64,000 bases of DNA from a virus. Each line of letters opens with the position of its first letter. Position 1 is the stretch's first letter. Positions 11,484 to 22,809 of the stretch are shown piece by piece. The stretch lies in the IMG/VR virus record IMGVR_UViG_3300008255_000115, positions 35,193 through 99,192 of that record. One strand, given 5' to 3'. Both the position numbers and the translations under genes were made by a program. The notes beneath the pieces are model-generated. The model ran no database searches. It was not told the origin of the DNA and saw only the letters and a list, made by a program, of their open reading frames with translations.

Positions 11484-14400
11484 ATTGTATATTAGATGGT
11501 TCTGATTATGAAGAGTTATTCATAATTGCTCATGGAGCATTAACAGATAGTAAAAATAATAATAAACCTTTTGATCTTAATCAAGAGATAAAAGATTTAT
11601 ATGAAGCTTTTAAAGATGACCAAGCTTATGCTATTGGATTAGTTCAAGCATATCCTTCTCAACTTGTTATGGCATTAACTCATACAAGAGAACTATCTAA
11701 ATATCATAGGTCTAAGGGGTTAACATTAGATTTACTAGAAGATCTTACAGATACTTTTGAAGATATAAATGCTGTATCTAAATACTTAAGTCCTGATCAA
11801 GCAGATAAAGAATCTATAGATGCCATTGATGACAGTATTAAAGACCAAGCTGAAAAACCAACTATATTACCTAAATTAACTCCTGATCAAATTGACAAGC
11901 AAACAGCTATACTAACAAATCTAGTTAAAGAATTTATCTTTAAAGGAGTATCTGGTATGGCTACTACAGGTCAACAAGCATTATTAGATCCTTCTGGTAA
12001 ATGGACACAAGAGAAAAATCCTGAATTAGATTTCTATTATAAGTTTTTTAAAGTATTTAATGAAGAATTTTTAGGTGTGCAAGATCCTGAGAAAGTAACT
12101 ATCAATGGACACACTGGCTTCAAATTGAAAATATTAAGTAAAACACAAATAGATATTGAGGTTGCTAAACCCTACGATCAGAGGCTTGTAAAAGGAGAAG
12201 AAGCATATCCTGCTGTAAGAGGTCAGGCTATTTATCATGGTGGAATAGCAGTTGCTGTAACAGACAATAATGGTGATGTATTATATTTTGATGAACATTA
12301 TAATGTAGTAGGTAAAAATAAAGGTGGTAAACCTATATATTATAATGTGAGGTTTATTAAAAAAGAAGGAGACACTTATACAACAGATAGTGATATACAA
12401 TCAGTTCAAGAAATGGCTAATAACTTAGGAATATCTCCTGAAGTTGCTCACTCATTACGTCAAGCTGAATTCAAAGCTTTATATGACTTAAGAAATTACA
12501 TCAATGAAAAGAGAAAAGAAAATAGTGTATTACTAAATATAACAGGTGTTAGTCAAGGTGTTCTTAATATAAGAAAAAATTTACCAACAGATATTGATAC
12601 TTCAATCAATTCAATTAATTGGGATAAATCTGATATTGATCTCAATATTAAAATTGCAAAAAGAGATGCCCCTGAAGCAGGTGAAAGAAAAGGTGGTTTA
12701 TATATAAGTATTCCTGGTCATAGATCTATACCAATACAAGCAAACAATTTGTCTCAAGAAGATATAGACAAGGTTCTTGATTTAATTTTGGATCCTAGTA
12801 TTACTGATGAAAATGGACTACCTATTACAGCAGATGTTAAAGTAAAACTTATTGAGTATATTATACTTACTGAAGATGGTTCTTTACAAGTAATGGATAG
12901 AAAAGGTAAATTCATTGCTTTATTTCAGGGTAAACAAATTACTCCAGAAATGAGACAAGAAATTAAAGACTTTCTAAATATAAAATATATTAATCCCAAT
13001 ACAGGACAACCAACTCAATATAATCATACAAGAGGTCAATATACATTTAAAGAGCCTACTGCAGGTAATATATTTGAAGAATTTACTATAAATGATGGTA
13101 AACTCATTAGAACGCCTATTGATTTAGAACAACATGTTGCTAATCATAGTAGTATGAAAATAATACCTAATACATTAGGTAAAGATAAAGTAATTACTTT
13201 TCTAAATGGTTACTTTACTTTTAATATAGATTCTCAAGATTCTAATAAAATAGAAAAACTCACCACTTCAAAAAAAGATACAAAAGAATCTACTACTGTA
13301 AAACTATATAGAGAAATTCCTGTATTAGATGTTAATGATATTATTACTCAAGAAGGAACAAAAGGAGCAGCCGTTTATAATAAAAAAGATAAAATAATTA
13401 AAGTTAATAGAAAACTACTTAAGGAAAAATATGCTCAGAAAGCATGGACTAATCCTAGAGAACTTACTGAAACATTAGATGGAAGAAATGTAAAATCTTT
13501 TGCTCAACCTTTACATGAAGATCAATTTCCAACATATGAACAGTTTGAACAATTTGTTATAGAGCATGAATATCAACATAGTCAATTAAGTAGAGCTCAG
13601 TTTCAAAAATCCAATCCTAATTCTACAAAAGGACAATATGAAACAGAAATAAATGATAGAGCATTATTTACTTTATCATTACATGATAATATTCCATTAT
13701 TTTTTTCAGGTAAAAATGATCTAGGGAACATTAATTCTAGTGAAGAAAACAATGAACCTCAAGAGAAAGTAAAAATATTTAAAAAGAATAATGTAGAAAT
13801 TAAAGATGATGATGGTCTAACTATGAACCGTATCATTCCGATGAAATCTCAACCAGAGCAAATAGCAGCAGCAAAAGAATGGTTTGATGCTTCTCCTCTT
13901 TCAAAACATATTAAATATAAAGAATTATTTAATGTTGTTAACTCTAATGCCTGGGCAGAGTTTATTAATGGAGGTATTAAATTATATGCTGGATCAGATT
14001 ATACAGTATTGTATCATGAAGCTTTCCATGCCTTTACACAACACTTCCTGTCTAAAGAACAAAAAGTAAAATTATATAAAGAAACAGCTATATTAGCTCA
14101 GGGTAAAAAAGCAATTAAAGATTATGCTAAATCTAAGAATGTATCAATAGATAAACTATCAGATTATCAAAAGTATTTAGCTATTGAAGAACTCTTAGCT
14201 GAAGGTTTTAGAGAATATGTTTTATCTGATGGTAAAGTATTAGGACAAAATCCTGTAAGTAATAGTATCTTTAGAAATATATTAGATTTCTTAAAAGAAC
14301 TTTTTGGAATTAAATTATCTCAATCACAAATAATTACAGATAAGGTTCTTCTTAATATAGAAGATTTATATGCACAGTTACATATAGGTAATATTAATAA

Positions 14401-17400
14401 TTATAGACCATCTGTTAAAAATGCATATTTTGGACAAGGTTTATATTCAACACCATCTGCAGTAGCAGGAGAAACTACAAATATAAATGATCAAGATGCT
14501 TTATTATTATTACAAAGTATTGATGGAATTATATCTGAATATCAAGATGAAAGAAATTTACAACTTCAAATTAATTCACCAGGAGATACAAGATATACTA
14601 GTGCTATTTTTACTAATCCAGAAAAATATTTAAAAGAAGTATATAATATTGCACGTAACAAGTTCATAGATAAGTATGAAGAATTTAATATAAAAATAGA
14701 AAAAGCAAATGAAGAAGAGAAACCTATTCTTATTGAAAGAAGAAACCTTTTAGAAGATGCTCTTACAAACTTTGGAGACCCAAATAACCCAATCAAAGGA
14801 GGAGGTCTTCTTGCATTTCATATAAAGAAAAGTCCTTATATGAGTACATATACAAAGGATTTAGATAGAGAAGCTTTTGAAAAAACTGAAGAAGATATTA
14901 CAGCAACTAGATATGATATCAAAGGTAATGAATTATCTAAAATAGATCTGGCTTCTAATAGGGTATCTTACTTAATTAAAAGTATAAAAAAATATGATAC
15001 AGATGGCAATCAAGTTAAAAATGAATTAGATTTTCCAGTATTAATGGAATTGAATGAAACATTTGGAAAGATAGCAAGTATCATTGGAGATAATAATAAT
15101 AGTCCTGCAGAAATAAGAACAGTTTTATTAAAAGCAGTTTCTGAAAATCCTTGGGTTGATGCATTAGTAAGAAAGTTAGGTCCAACATTAAGTCCTCATC
15201 ATTCAGTAAATGATTTATGGACAGGATTCTGGGCAGCTTTCTATATGTCAAATCAGAAACTCCACCAAACAATGATTAACGAGATATCAGATCCTAAAAC
15301 AAGATCAAAGTCTTATGAAGTTTTAACAGGATATGCTTCTGCAGTATTTAGACAAGCAGAGAGAGATTTTAGAAGTCACTTTAAAATTAGTGATCACCCA
15401 AATCCTTTTATTATTGATAATGGTGTATTTGGTAATAAACTTGATAGTAAATCCATACTTGATAAGTATAAAGGTAAACTATATAAAAGAGAATTTGAAT
15501 TTTTAAAAGATATAGGTATTCCTTTAACAGATACAAAAGACACTAGAGAAGGTCTTAAAAATATTAACTTAGAATATTTGTTAGATAAAATTGAAATGTT
15601 ACATATAAAAAATGTACCAATAACAGATATTATTCAATCTTTAAGAGATCCTTATATATTTAAAACAGCTACTGGAGAAATACATATAAAAAGTGAATCT
15701 AGTAATATTAATAAAATCTTAGGTTTAGAAGTTAAACATTCAGGAAACTATTCTAATGCATCTGTACTTACAGCAATTGGAAATGTGGCATATGAAACAA
15801 GTATGATGTCAACTATTGCTGTTCAAATAAAAGCAATAAATGAATCAGAAACTTTTCAAGATCTAATAAATATTCCATATATGTCTTACTTAGATTATAA
15901 AAATAATCCATCTGTAAGAGCTTCAGTAAGACTTAGATCATTATATGAGTTTGACCCAAATACTCAAACTTTTGGTAAAAGGAGAAAAGATGTAATATTT
16001 ACTTTAGATAATTTAGATGGTACACAAAATATAATAGATAACTCATATACTGATAAAGATTATAGTAGTACAACTTCTAAATCTGACAAGTATACAAGGT
16101 TAATGCAAGATATTTATTCATTGTTTCTAGAAGGTAAACCTTCAGGTATTACTCCAGGAGACAAAAGTACTATTTTAAGTGCTAATATTAATACAATATA
16201 TACTGAAGGTAATGATAAACATTTATATGTAGACCTTGGTGACTTTGGTAAAAAAGGAGGACAAGTTAATCTAGGTATTGAAAGAGCTTATAATATCTTA
16301 TTACCATATTTAGAAGGTGAACTTCAAAGAATTATTGATGTACAAAAACATCAAGAAGAAAGTTTCCTACCTAATATAGAAGGATATACTAGTCCTGATA
16401 AAAATAAAAATATTTCAGGATTAGACTTCTCAGCTTTTAAAGGAGTATTTAAAAAAGAAACTAAAGATAAATTATTAGAATTATATAAGGCAACAACAAA
16501 CTTAAAAAATATACCTTCAACATTACGTACAGAAATGCTTAAGGATATGCAAGAATATTTCAATTTTACTACTGCACAAACCAAAACTACATTAGATAGA
16601 ATGTTATTTATTGATAAAAACTTAGCAGGACTAGTAGAGAAAGGGCTTGGTGAAGTTGTAAATTCTATTGAAGTAAGTAATATAATACTTAAGGCTTATA
16701 CTGTTAACAAATTCATACATAATCTAGATGATGTTACATTATTTTATGGAGATCTTGCACAATATAAAGATCTTGATAAAAGAGGTTCAGCTTTAAATTC
16801 TACAGGTAGAATGTTTAGAACAGATGATGATGCGTTATCTTATGTTAATGATGTATTAAAAAGACCTTATGCTACAAAGAATAAAGTAAATAAGTATAAA
16901 AAATTTGATGGAACTCTTGAAACAGCAATATTAGCTGAGGATATAGAAAGATCAGTATTCTATGAAGAATATGAAGAAACTTTAAAAGATGCTAATGTAT
17001 CAGATGAAGAGATAAAACGTATTCTAAAACCATATGAAAAAATGGAAACAGGAGATGCTCAAGGTTATATTACTTTTGATTCATACAGAATTCTTTCTAA
17101 ACTAAGTAATAGATGGAGTGATCAGCAAGAAGCTTTATATCAACAAGAAATTAATGACCCAAATTCTGTTAGTAAAAAAAATATGTTGGAATATTTTCCT
17201 GTTAGAAAATATCAATACTTTGGACCACTTGCAGTTCAAGGCATACACACTACAGCTTTTCATAAATTCTCTTTACTTCCACTTATACCTAGTGTTATAA
17301 AAGGTAGAAAGTTAGAAGAACTTCATAATAATATGATGAATAATGGAATTGATTATGCAACTTTTAAAACAGGTTCTAAAGTAGGAACTGTTGTTGCACC

Positions 17401-20400
17401 AGGAACAATAGGAGGAGATAAGTTATATAATACAGATAAAACTATTGCACCAACGAAATATACAAAAAATACAATATATTTAAACTATCTTAAAGATCAA
17501 CTAGATATTAATTCAGAATATAAAGAAAAAGTAATTTTCTCTACTCAGTTAAGAGCTTTAATTGAGGAAGGTTTAATTGAAGGTGGAGTACCTGTTGATT
17601 TTAAACCAGAACTATCTCTAGATGAAAGAGTTGAGCTTTGGGAAAAATCACCAGAAGAAACAGATTTATATAAAGTATATAAAAAGCATGAAGATAATAT
17701 TAATAAACTTATTAAATTTAGAAAAGCAGAATTAAGAAAGGAGTTAGGTTCAACAGAAGAAGAACTAACTAGTGGAAAAGGAAATATGGCTAAATTAGTA
17801 AGATTTATACAAAAGGAATTAGATCGTCAAGATCTTGCAGATCATGAAATAGATTTTATTAAAGAAAAAGATGGCAAATTAGTAAGGGATTTATCAATCT
17901 CTCCAATTGCTTCTAAAATTGAAAAAGCTCTCAATGCTATAGTTAACAATAGATTAGTAAGACAAAAAGTTAATGGTGAATCTTTAGTTCAAGTAACTAA
18001 CTCAATGTGGGAACCAACTAGTAGTTCAGCTGAAGAAAAATTAAGCTGGGGAACTAAGGATCTCAAGACTTATAGAAGAGATAAATCTAAACAAACTCTT
18101 AATTCTTCTCAAATATACTCTCAACTAGGAACTAAAACTCAATTTGAGAATGTAGTTATTGATGAAGTAAATGGTAGAAAACCTGCTATTAAGGGTAATT
18201 TAACATTAACTAAAAAGAATTTATTTACTGTAAAACCAGTTCAATCAGCTGATAAAAAAGCTATTATAAAAGCAAGTGTTGCTACACAATATATAGGATT
18301 TGGAAAAGGTATTGATAATAGTTCTACAGAATTATATAGACAACAAGCGGAGCAATATGCTAATACAGGAAATTACTCATCTAATGATGTGATATTTGTA
18401 TCTATTGGTGGTAAAAGAGGAGATGAACAAGTTAGAAAAAAACAACAAGATAAGACCATTAAGGAAGCATTAAAAGCTATTGAAGCAGGAGCTACTTTAA
18501 TTACAGATAATAAAAATTATGTAGAGTCTTCTAATTATAATGAAGGAGAAAAGAGACTTGCAAAAAATCTTGAGTCTAAAGGTTATAATTATTCAGAAAA
18601 AACTATTAATAATCAGATATTAGGTGTTTGGAGTAAAAACCAATCTTCCAAACCAATAGTAGCATACAGAACAAGAGGTAATAACTTCTTAGAAGCACTT
18701 GAAAAAGATAATGCTATTGGTAATCCTTGGAGTCATGCAGGGTATAGTTTATATAAAACTAATACAGTAAAAGAAGCAGTAGAAGAATTTATAGCTTGGA
18801 TGACAGGTGAAAAACATACTGATAAATTACAAGACTATAGGCAAGCTATTATTGATAAAATACCTGAAATGAAAGATAAACCTATTCTTTATTATAAAGA
18901 TTTAAGAGAACCTTCTCATGCTACTGCTTTAGATTATTTGATTAATAAATATGATTGGAATATTCAACCATCTACTAGTAAAACATTAGGTATGGATGTT
19001 AAAGTTGCACTGCAAGGTAACTTTAAAAACCTTATTCATCTTGTTCATAAAGATGGTAAAAAAGTAGCTATATACAACAAAAGAAAAAAAGAAGATGCTC
19101 AAGGTAATATTATATTTACTAGGGAATTAGATTCAGATGCCACTTTAGAAAGACTTAATGAAACAATTAAAGATCCTGAATGGAGATCTAATCAAGATAA
19201 TCTAGACATGATTACTATGGTAGGTGTTAGAATACCAGTACAAGCTCATAACTCAATGGAGTTTATGACAGTATATGAATTCTTACCAGAAAGAGCAGGT
19301 AATATAATAGTTCCTCCTGCTGAAATTGTAGCTAAATCTGGATCTGATTTTGATATTGATAAGCTAACTATAATGATGCCTAGTATTAGCATAATTGGAG
19401 GCATTCCTGAAATTATAAAAGAACAGACTGGGGATCCAGTAAATAAACTTAAAAGAACAGATCAAATAACTGAAGAACTTAAAGAATTAAGAATTAAAAA
19501 GTCTTCAATACAAGAAGAAGTTACAGCTAAATTTAAGGAGGTATCTCCTAAAGATTTAACTGAAGATGATAAAGCAGAAATAAGAATTGCTCATAAATAT
19601 TTTGATGAAGAAATTGGAGAACTAAAAAAAGAACTTAAAACTTATGAAAATAATGTAACATTATTAACTAACATGACTAACCTAAATGAGGAACAACAAG
19701 AACTATTAGGTAGATCATGGGTAGGTATTGATGAAGTAAATAAGTATATTGATATCATGGAAACTGAGCGTAGAAACACAGTAAATGATATTAGACAAGA
19801 AATGCGTCAAGAGAAAATTGATACCATAGATACTAGTAAACTTAAAGCTATATCTTCAGCAATAAATAAACTTGAGAAAGAAAAGAATTCCTTAAGTGGA
19901 AAAGCTCTTGAGAATAATTTAATGTTTACTATAAGAGATATATTACAGTTACCAATTAACTATATTAATTTATTCACTCCTAATGATACATCACTTGTAA
20001 GACCTTTAGCAGAACAATTATCTAAAAACAGAGATTATAATGAACTAGATGGAGTCTTTGGTAAAACAAAAACTAGAGATGCAACTAAATATTTAGAACC
20101 AGCATATAACATTTCTGTACATGATAGAAATGCTGTAGGTAAAGATACATTAGGTTTAGGAGCAGTTGATAATAAATATAATCCTATATTCAATCGTATA
20201 GGTATGTACATGAATCCATATTACTTAAAAGGTATTAAGAAAAGACTAAGAAGAGCTATTATATTAATGGAACATAATACTAGACAAACAGAAGATGGAC
20301 AAAGAGGTATATCATTATCACACTTATATGATTTTAATAATGAAAATAGGATAGCTAATGTCATTAGTCAATTGATGAATGGTTGGGTTGATGTAGCAAA

Positions 20401-22807
20401 AGATGCTTGGATATTTGACATTCAAGGTAATAAACAAGTATCTCCAATATTATTATTTTTAATTCAAGCTGGAGTGCCTTTCCGTACAGCTGTTTATTTT
20501 GTTTCTAATCCTCTTATTAAAGAATATGTTAAAGAGCAAATTATAGCTACAAGTCCGTTTGCAAAACCTAATAGAGAAAATCCTAAATCAATATCTTTTT
20601 ATAGAAATAAAGCTAAAATAAAAATATTTGATAGTATTAGGCTAGGTGGAGTAACCAGATTAAATGAACAAAACATAAGAATTATTGATGATAATAAACT
20701 TTATAAAACAACTCTTAATTTTACTAAGAATATAGAGTTTACTAAAGATAGTAATTATAATATTTCACAAGTAAGTTTATATGAGGCACAACATTCAAAA
20801 CAAGCTATAGCTGGATTTTTACATTATTTAGAATTAGAAGACCTTTCAAAAGGTGTAAGTAAATTAAAACTGACTCTTAACTATGACACAAGTAAATCTA
20901 ATAGTTTATTTGATGCTCAAATGATAGAGGCTAATTTAATAGAATTACAAACTCAAACAATGTTTCATCCTAAATTTATTAAAGCTATATTAGATGAATC
21001 ACCTATAGGTAGTTTTAGAATTGCTCCTTTTCAATTAGAATTATTTGGACCTTTATTTGAAATAAGAAACAACACAACACTTAATAACTTTTTAATTAAT
21101 AAGTTATCAGAAATGAAGAATATTAAAAAGATGGAAAATGTTTTTGGTACTACAGAAAGATATATTGAGGAATATCAAAATGATGTTGTTGTAAAGATCT
21201 TTACAGATAATCTTAAAAAATATAGAATTAGTGACACAACATATAAAGGTCATGAAGTTATAGGAACTAAAGATGAAAAACAGATATTTCCAAGAGGTGC
21301 TTTTTATTCAATTGAAAATAATAAAATATATATAGATAAGCAAACTCTTGATATGCAATATGAGCATGATTTGTATTCTAACAATTATAAGACTGGTACT
21401 ACTATTCTTAATATTGCTTTACGTGATATAACATATGGTAAACTTGATTTGGCTAAAGTACCTATTGAAGCATTTAAAACAAGTGAAAATTCTAGAGAAG
21501 AATACTATCATTTTGTTATTGAAAGAGAATACCAAAGAGCTCTTAATCCATTTGCTGAATTAAGTAAAACTCATTATTTTAAGTATAAATTTAATAAAAA
21601 TATAGAAAAATATAAAGGACTAATTAATTTAACAGGAGAAGAATTAACAAATGAATTACTTAAAAGAACCTACGAAGAGATCCTAAGAGACACTGCATTA
21701 GATAATATTATGAACTTCTGGAAGATATTTAAAAGTAAAAATACTTTTGCAGATCAACTTTATGAGTTAAAAGAAATGCATCCTAATCTTATGAAATATA
21801 ATATTGTAAAAGATTTGGTTATATCTGAAGCTACTAATAAAACAAAAACTTTAGAGGGAGAAGAAAAAGAATATATTATTTTTAAAAATATTGTATTAAG
21901 AGATAATAGAGTAACTGAAGATTTGTTTAACATTTACTATAATAATATGCTTAAGCTCTCTGATGCAAGTACTATTAGTATTTCCATTAGTAAAGATAAT
22001 ACTGAACAAGATTACATAGAAAATAAACGTGTATCTAAATTTTTCTCTAAATTACCTTTAGTGGCTTTCTTACAATCTGGATTAAATACTAAAGATAGTC
22101 TCTCCATTATGAGAGCTATGCCTACTGATGACATTGTTGCTATAGTTCAAGAAGAAGCTAAGTCATTTAAAATAACTGAAGATTTTTTAACTAATTTCAT
22201 GTATAAATTTAATTTCCAAAATAGAATTCAAAATATATCTGTAAGAAGAAGATTAAAAGATTATGTAACACAAGACTCAAATAATATTCCTAATAGACAA
22301 TTAGCTGAAGAACATGAAGAAAAAGACTTAATTATAGATCCACTAGATAGAAAAAGCTTAGAAACATTTATTAGTAACAATCCAAATGTTATCTTTGTAC
22401 TTGAAAGTTCTAATATTAATCCAGAGTTTGGTACAGGATCATTTAAAAATGATAACATTGTAACACTAGAACTTAAATCGGGAAAAGAAGCTATAGATAT
22501 GTCATTAGATAATATAGAAAAACTATCTAAAGCAGGTACACCAATAGCTTTTTTAAATAGAAGTATTGGATATGGTAGAATCCTTACTAAAAAGAATAAA
22601 AAAACAGGTCAAATGATTGACCAACAAATGTATGAGTATTTAACTACAGAATTATTTTCAAGATTTGGATATGAAAATTCATATAGTAGATCAGTTAATG
22701 AAATAAAAGAACTTATTCAAAAATCACAAGAAGTTAGTGACTTTGATTTGAACATATCCTTTGATGATCTTGCTGAAGCAAGAGAAAGATTAAATTGTAA
22801 ATTATAA
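11480..22807 (+). CDS. Virion-packaged single-chain two-barrel RNA polymerase (crAss-like/phi14:2 gp66 type) with inserted zincin and other domains (3775 aa)
   Basis: Catalytic GSDFDIDK (D codons from 19346), preceded by VGVRIPVQAHNSM; TGDAQGY and STQLR motifs; HExxH motifs HEYQH (about 13565) and HEAFH (about 14015). Confidence 0.9.
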   Translation: MNCILDGSDYEELFIIAHGALTDSKNNNKPFDLNQEIKDLYEAFKDDQAYAIGLVQAYPSQLVMALTHTRELSKYHRSKGLTLDLLEDLTDTFEDINAVSKYLSPDQADKESIDAIDDSIKDQAEKPTILPKLTPDQIDKQTAILTNLVKEFIFKGVSGMATTGQQALLDPSGKWTQEKNPELDFYYKFFKVFNEEFLGVQDPEKVTINGHTGFKLKILSKTQIDIEVAKPYDQRLVKGEEAYPAVRGQAIYHGGIAVAVTDNNGDVLYFDEHYNVVGKNKGGKPIYYNVRFIKKEGDTYTTDSDIQSVQEMANNLGISPEVAHSLRQAEFKALYDLRNYINEKRKENSVLLNITGVSQGVLNIRKNLPTDIDTSINSINWDKSDIDLNIKIAKRDAPEAGERKGGLYISIPGHRSIPIQANNLSQEDIDKVLDLILDPSITDENGLPITADVKVKLIEYIILTEDGSLQVMDRKGKFIALFQGKQITPEMRQEIKDFLNIKYINPNTGQPTQYNHTRGQYTFKEPTAGNIFEEFTINDGKLIRTPIDLEQHVANHSSMKIIPNTLGKDKVITFLNGYFTFNIDSQDSNKIEKLTTSKKDTKESTTVKLYREIPVLDVNDIITQEGTKGAAVYNKKDKIIKVNRKLLKEKYAQKAWTNPRELTETLDGRNVKSFAQPLHEDQFPTYEQFEQFVIEHEYQHSQLSRAQFQKSNPNSTKGQYETEINDRALFTLSLHDNIPLFFSGKNDLGNINSSEENNEPQEKVKIFKKNNVEIKDDDGLTMNRIIPMKSQPEQIAAAKEWFDASPLSKHIKYKELFNVVNSNAWAEFINGGIKLYAGSDYTVLYHEAFHAFTQHFLSKEQKVKLYKETAILAQGKKAIKDYAKSKNVSIDKLSDYQKYLAIEELLAEGFREYVLSDGKVLGQNPVSNSIFRNILDFLKELFGIKLSQSQIITDKVLLNIEDLYAQLHIGNINNYRPSVKNAYFGQGLYSTPSAVAGETTNINDQDALLLLQSIDGIISEYQDERNLQLQINSPGDTRYTSAIFTNPEKYLKEVYNIARNKFIDKYEEFNIKIEKANEEEKPILIERRNLLEDALTNFGDPNNPIKGGGLLAFHIKKSPYMSTYTKDLDREAFEKTEEDITATRYDIKGNELSKIDLASNRVSYLIKSIKKYDTDGNQVKNELDFPVLMELNETFGKIASIIGDNNNSPAEIRTVLLKAVSENPWVDALVRKLGPTLSPHHSVNDLWTGFWAAFYMSNQKLHQTMINEISDPKTRSKSYEVLTGYASAVFRQAERDFRSHFKISDHPNPFIIDNGVFGNKLDSKSILDKYKGKLYKREFEFLKDIGIPLTDTKDTREGLKNINLEYLLDKIEMLHIKNVPITDIIQSLRDPYIFKTATGEIHIKSESSNINKILGLEVKHSGNYSNASVLTAIGNVAYETSMMSTIAVQIKAINESETFQDLINIPYMSYLDYKNNPSVRASVRLRSLYEFDPNTQTFGKRRKDVIFTLDNLDGTQNIIDNSYTDKDYSSTTSKSDKYTRLMQDIYSLFLEGKPSGITPGDKSTILSANINTIYTEGNDKHLYVDLGDFGKKGGQVNLGIERAYNILLPYLEGELQRIIDVQKHQEESFLPNIEGYTSPDKNKNISGLDFSAFKGVFKKETKDKLLELYKATTNLKNIPSTLRTEMLKDMQEYFNFTTAQTKTTLDRMLFIDKNLAGLVEKGLGEVVNSIEVSNIILKAYTVNKFIHNLDDVTLFYGDLAQYKDLDKRGSALNSTGRMFRTDDDALSYVNDVLKRPYATKNKVNKYKKFDGTLETAILAEDIERSVFYEEYEETLKDANVSDEEIKRILKPYEKMETGDAQGYITFDSYRILSKLSNRWSDQQEALYQQEINDPNSVSKKNMLEYFPVRKYQYFGPLAVQGIHTTAFHKFSLLPLIPSVIKGRKLEELHNNMMNNGIDYATFKTGSKVGTVVAPGTIGGDKLYNTDKTIAPTKYTKNTIYLNYLKDQLDINSEYKEKVIFSTQLRALIEEGLIEGGVPVDFKPELSLDERVELWEKSPEETDLYKVYKKHEDNINKLIKFRKAELRKELGSTEEELTSGKGNMAKLVRFIQKELDRQDLADHEIDFIKEKDGKLVRDLSISPIASKIEKALNAIVNNRLVRQKVNGESLVQVTNSMWEPTSSSAEEKLSWGTKDLKTYRRDKSKQTLNSSQIYSQLGTKTQFENVVIDEVNGRKPAIKGNLTLTKKNLFTVKPVQSADKKAIIKASVATQYIGFGKGIDNSSTELYRQQAEQYANTGNYSSNDVIFVSIGGKRGDEQVRKKQQDKTIKEALKAIEAGATLITDNKNYVESSNYNEGEKRLAKNLESKGYNYSEKTINNQILGVWSKNQSSKPIVAYRTRGNNFLEALEKDNAIGNPWSHAGYSLYKTNTVKEAVEEFIAWMTGEKHTDKLQDYRQAIIDKIPEMKDKPILYYKDLREPSHATALDYLINKYDWNIQPSTSKTLGMDVKVALQGNFKNLIHLVHKDGKKVAIYNKRKKEDAQGNIIFTRELDSDATLERLNETIKDPEWRSNQDNLDMITMVGVRIPVQAHNSMEFMTVYEFLPERAGNIIVPPAEIVAKSGSDFDIDKLTIMMPSISIIGGIPEIIKEQTGDPVNKLKRTDQITEELKELRIKKSSIQEEVTAKFKEVSPKDLTEDDKAEIRIAHKYFDEEIGELKKELKTYENNVTLLTNMTNLNEEQQELLGRSWVGIDEVNKYIDIMETERRNTVNDIRQEMRQEKIDTIDTSKLKAISSAINKLEKEKNSLSGKALENNLMFTIRDILQLPINYINLFTPNDTSLVRPLAEQLSKNRDYNELDGVFGKTKTRDATKYLEPAYNISVHDRNAVGKDTLGLGAVDNKYNPIFNRIGMYMNPYYLKGIKKRLRRAIILMEHNTRQTEDGQRGISLSHLYDFNNENRIANVISQLMNGWVDVAKDAWIFDIQGNKQVSPILLFLIQAGVPFRTAVYFVSNPLIKEYVKEQIIATSPFAKPNRENPKSISFYRNKAKIKIFDSIRLGGVTRLNEQNIRIIDDNKLYKTTLNFTKNIEFTKDSNYNISQVSLYEAQHSKQAIAGFLHYLELEDLSKGVSKLKLTLNYDTSKSNSLFDAQMIEANLIELQTQTMFHPKFIKAILDESPIGSFRIAPFQLELFGPLFEIRNNTTLNNFLINKLSEMKNIKKMENVFGTTERYIEEYQNDVVVKIFTDNLKKYRISDTTYKGHEVIGTKDEKQIFPRGAFYSIENNKIYIDKQTLDMQYEHDLYSNNYKTGTTILNIALRDITYGKLDLAKVPIEAFKTSENSREEYYHFVIEREYQRALNPFAELSKTHYFKYKFNKNIEKYKGLINLTGEELTNELLKRTYEEILRDTALDNIMNFWKIFKSKNTFADQLYELKEMHPNLMKYNIVKDLVISEATNKTKTLEGEEKEYIIFKNIVLRDNRVTEDLFNIYYNNMLKLSDASTISISISKDNTEQDYIENKRVSKFFSKLPLVAFLQSGLNTKDSLSIMRAMPTDDIVAIVQEEAKSFKITEDFLTNFMYKFNFQNRIQNISVRRRLKDYVTQDSNNIPNRQLAEEHEEKDLIIDPLDRKSLETFISNNPNVIFVLESSNINPEFGTGSFKNDNIVTLELKSGKEAIDMSLDNIEKLSKAGTPIAFLNRSIGYGRILTKKNKKTGQMIDQQMYEYLTTELFSRFGYENSYSRSVNEIKELIQKSQEVSDFDLNISFDDLAEARERLNCKL

Positions 22808-22809
22808 TT

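Noticed and set aside
18085-18980. Intein in the RNA polymerase
   Set aside because: No Cys/Ser-start block, no HN/HQ-C/S/T end and no LAGLIDADG motifs.
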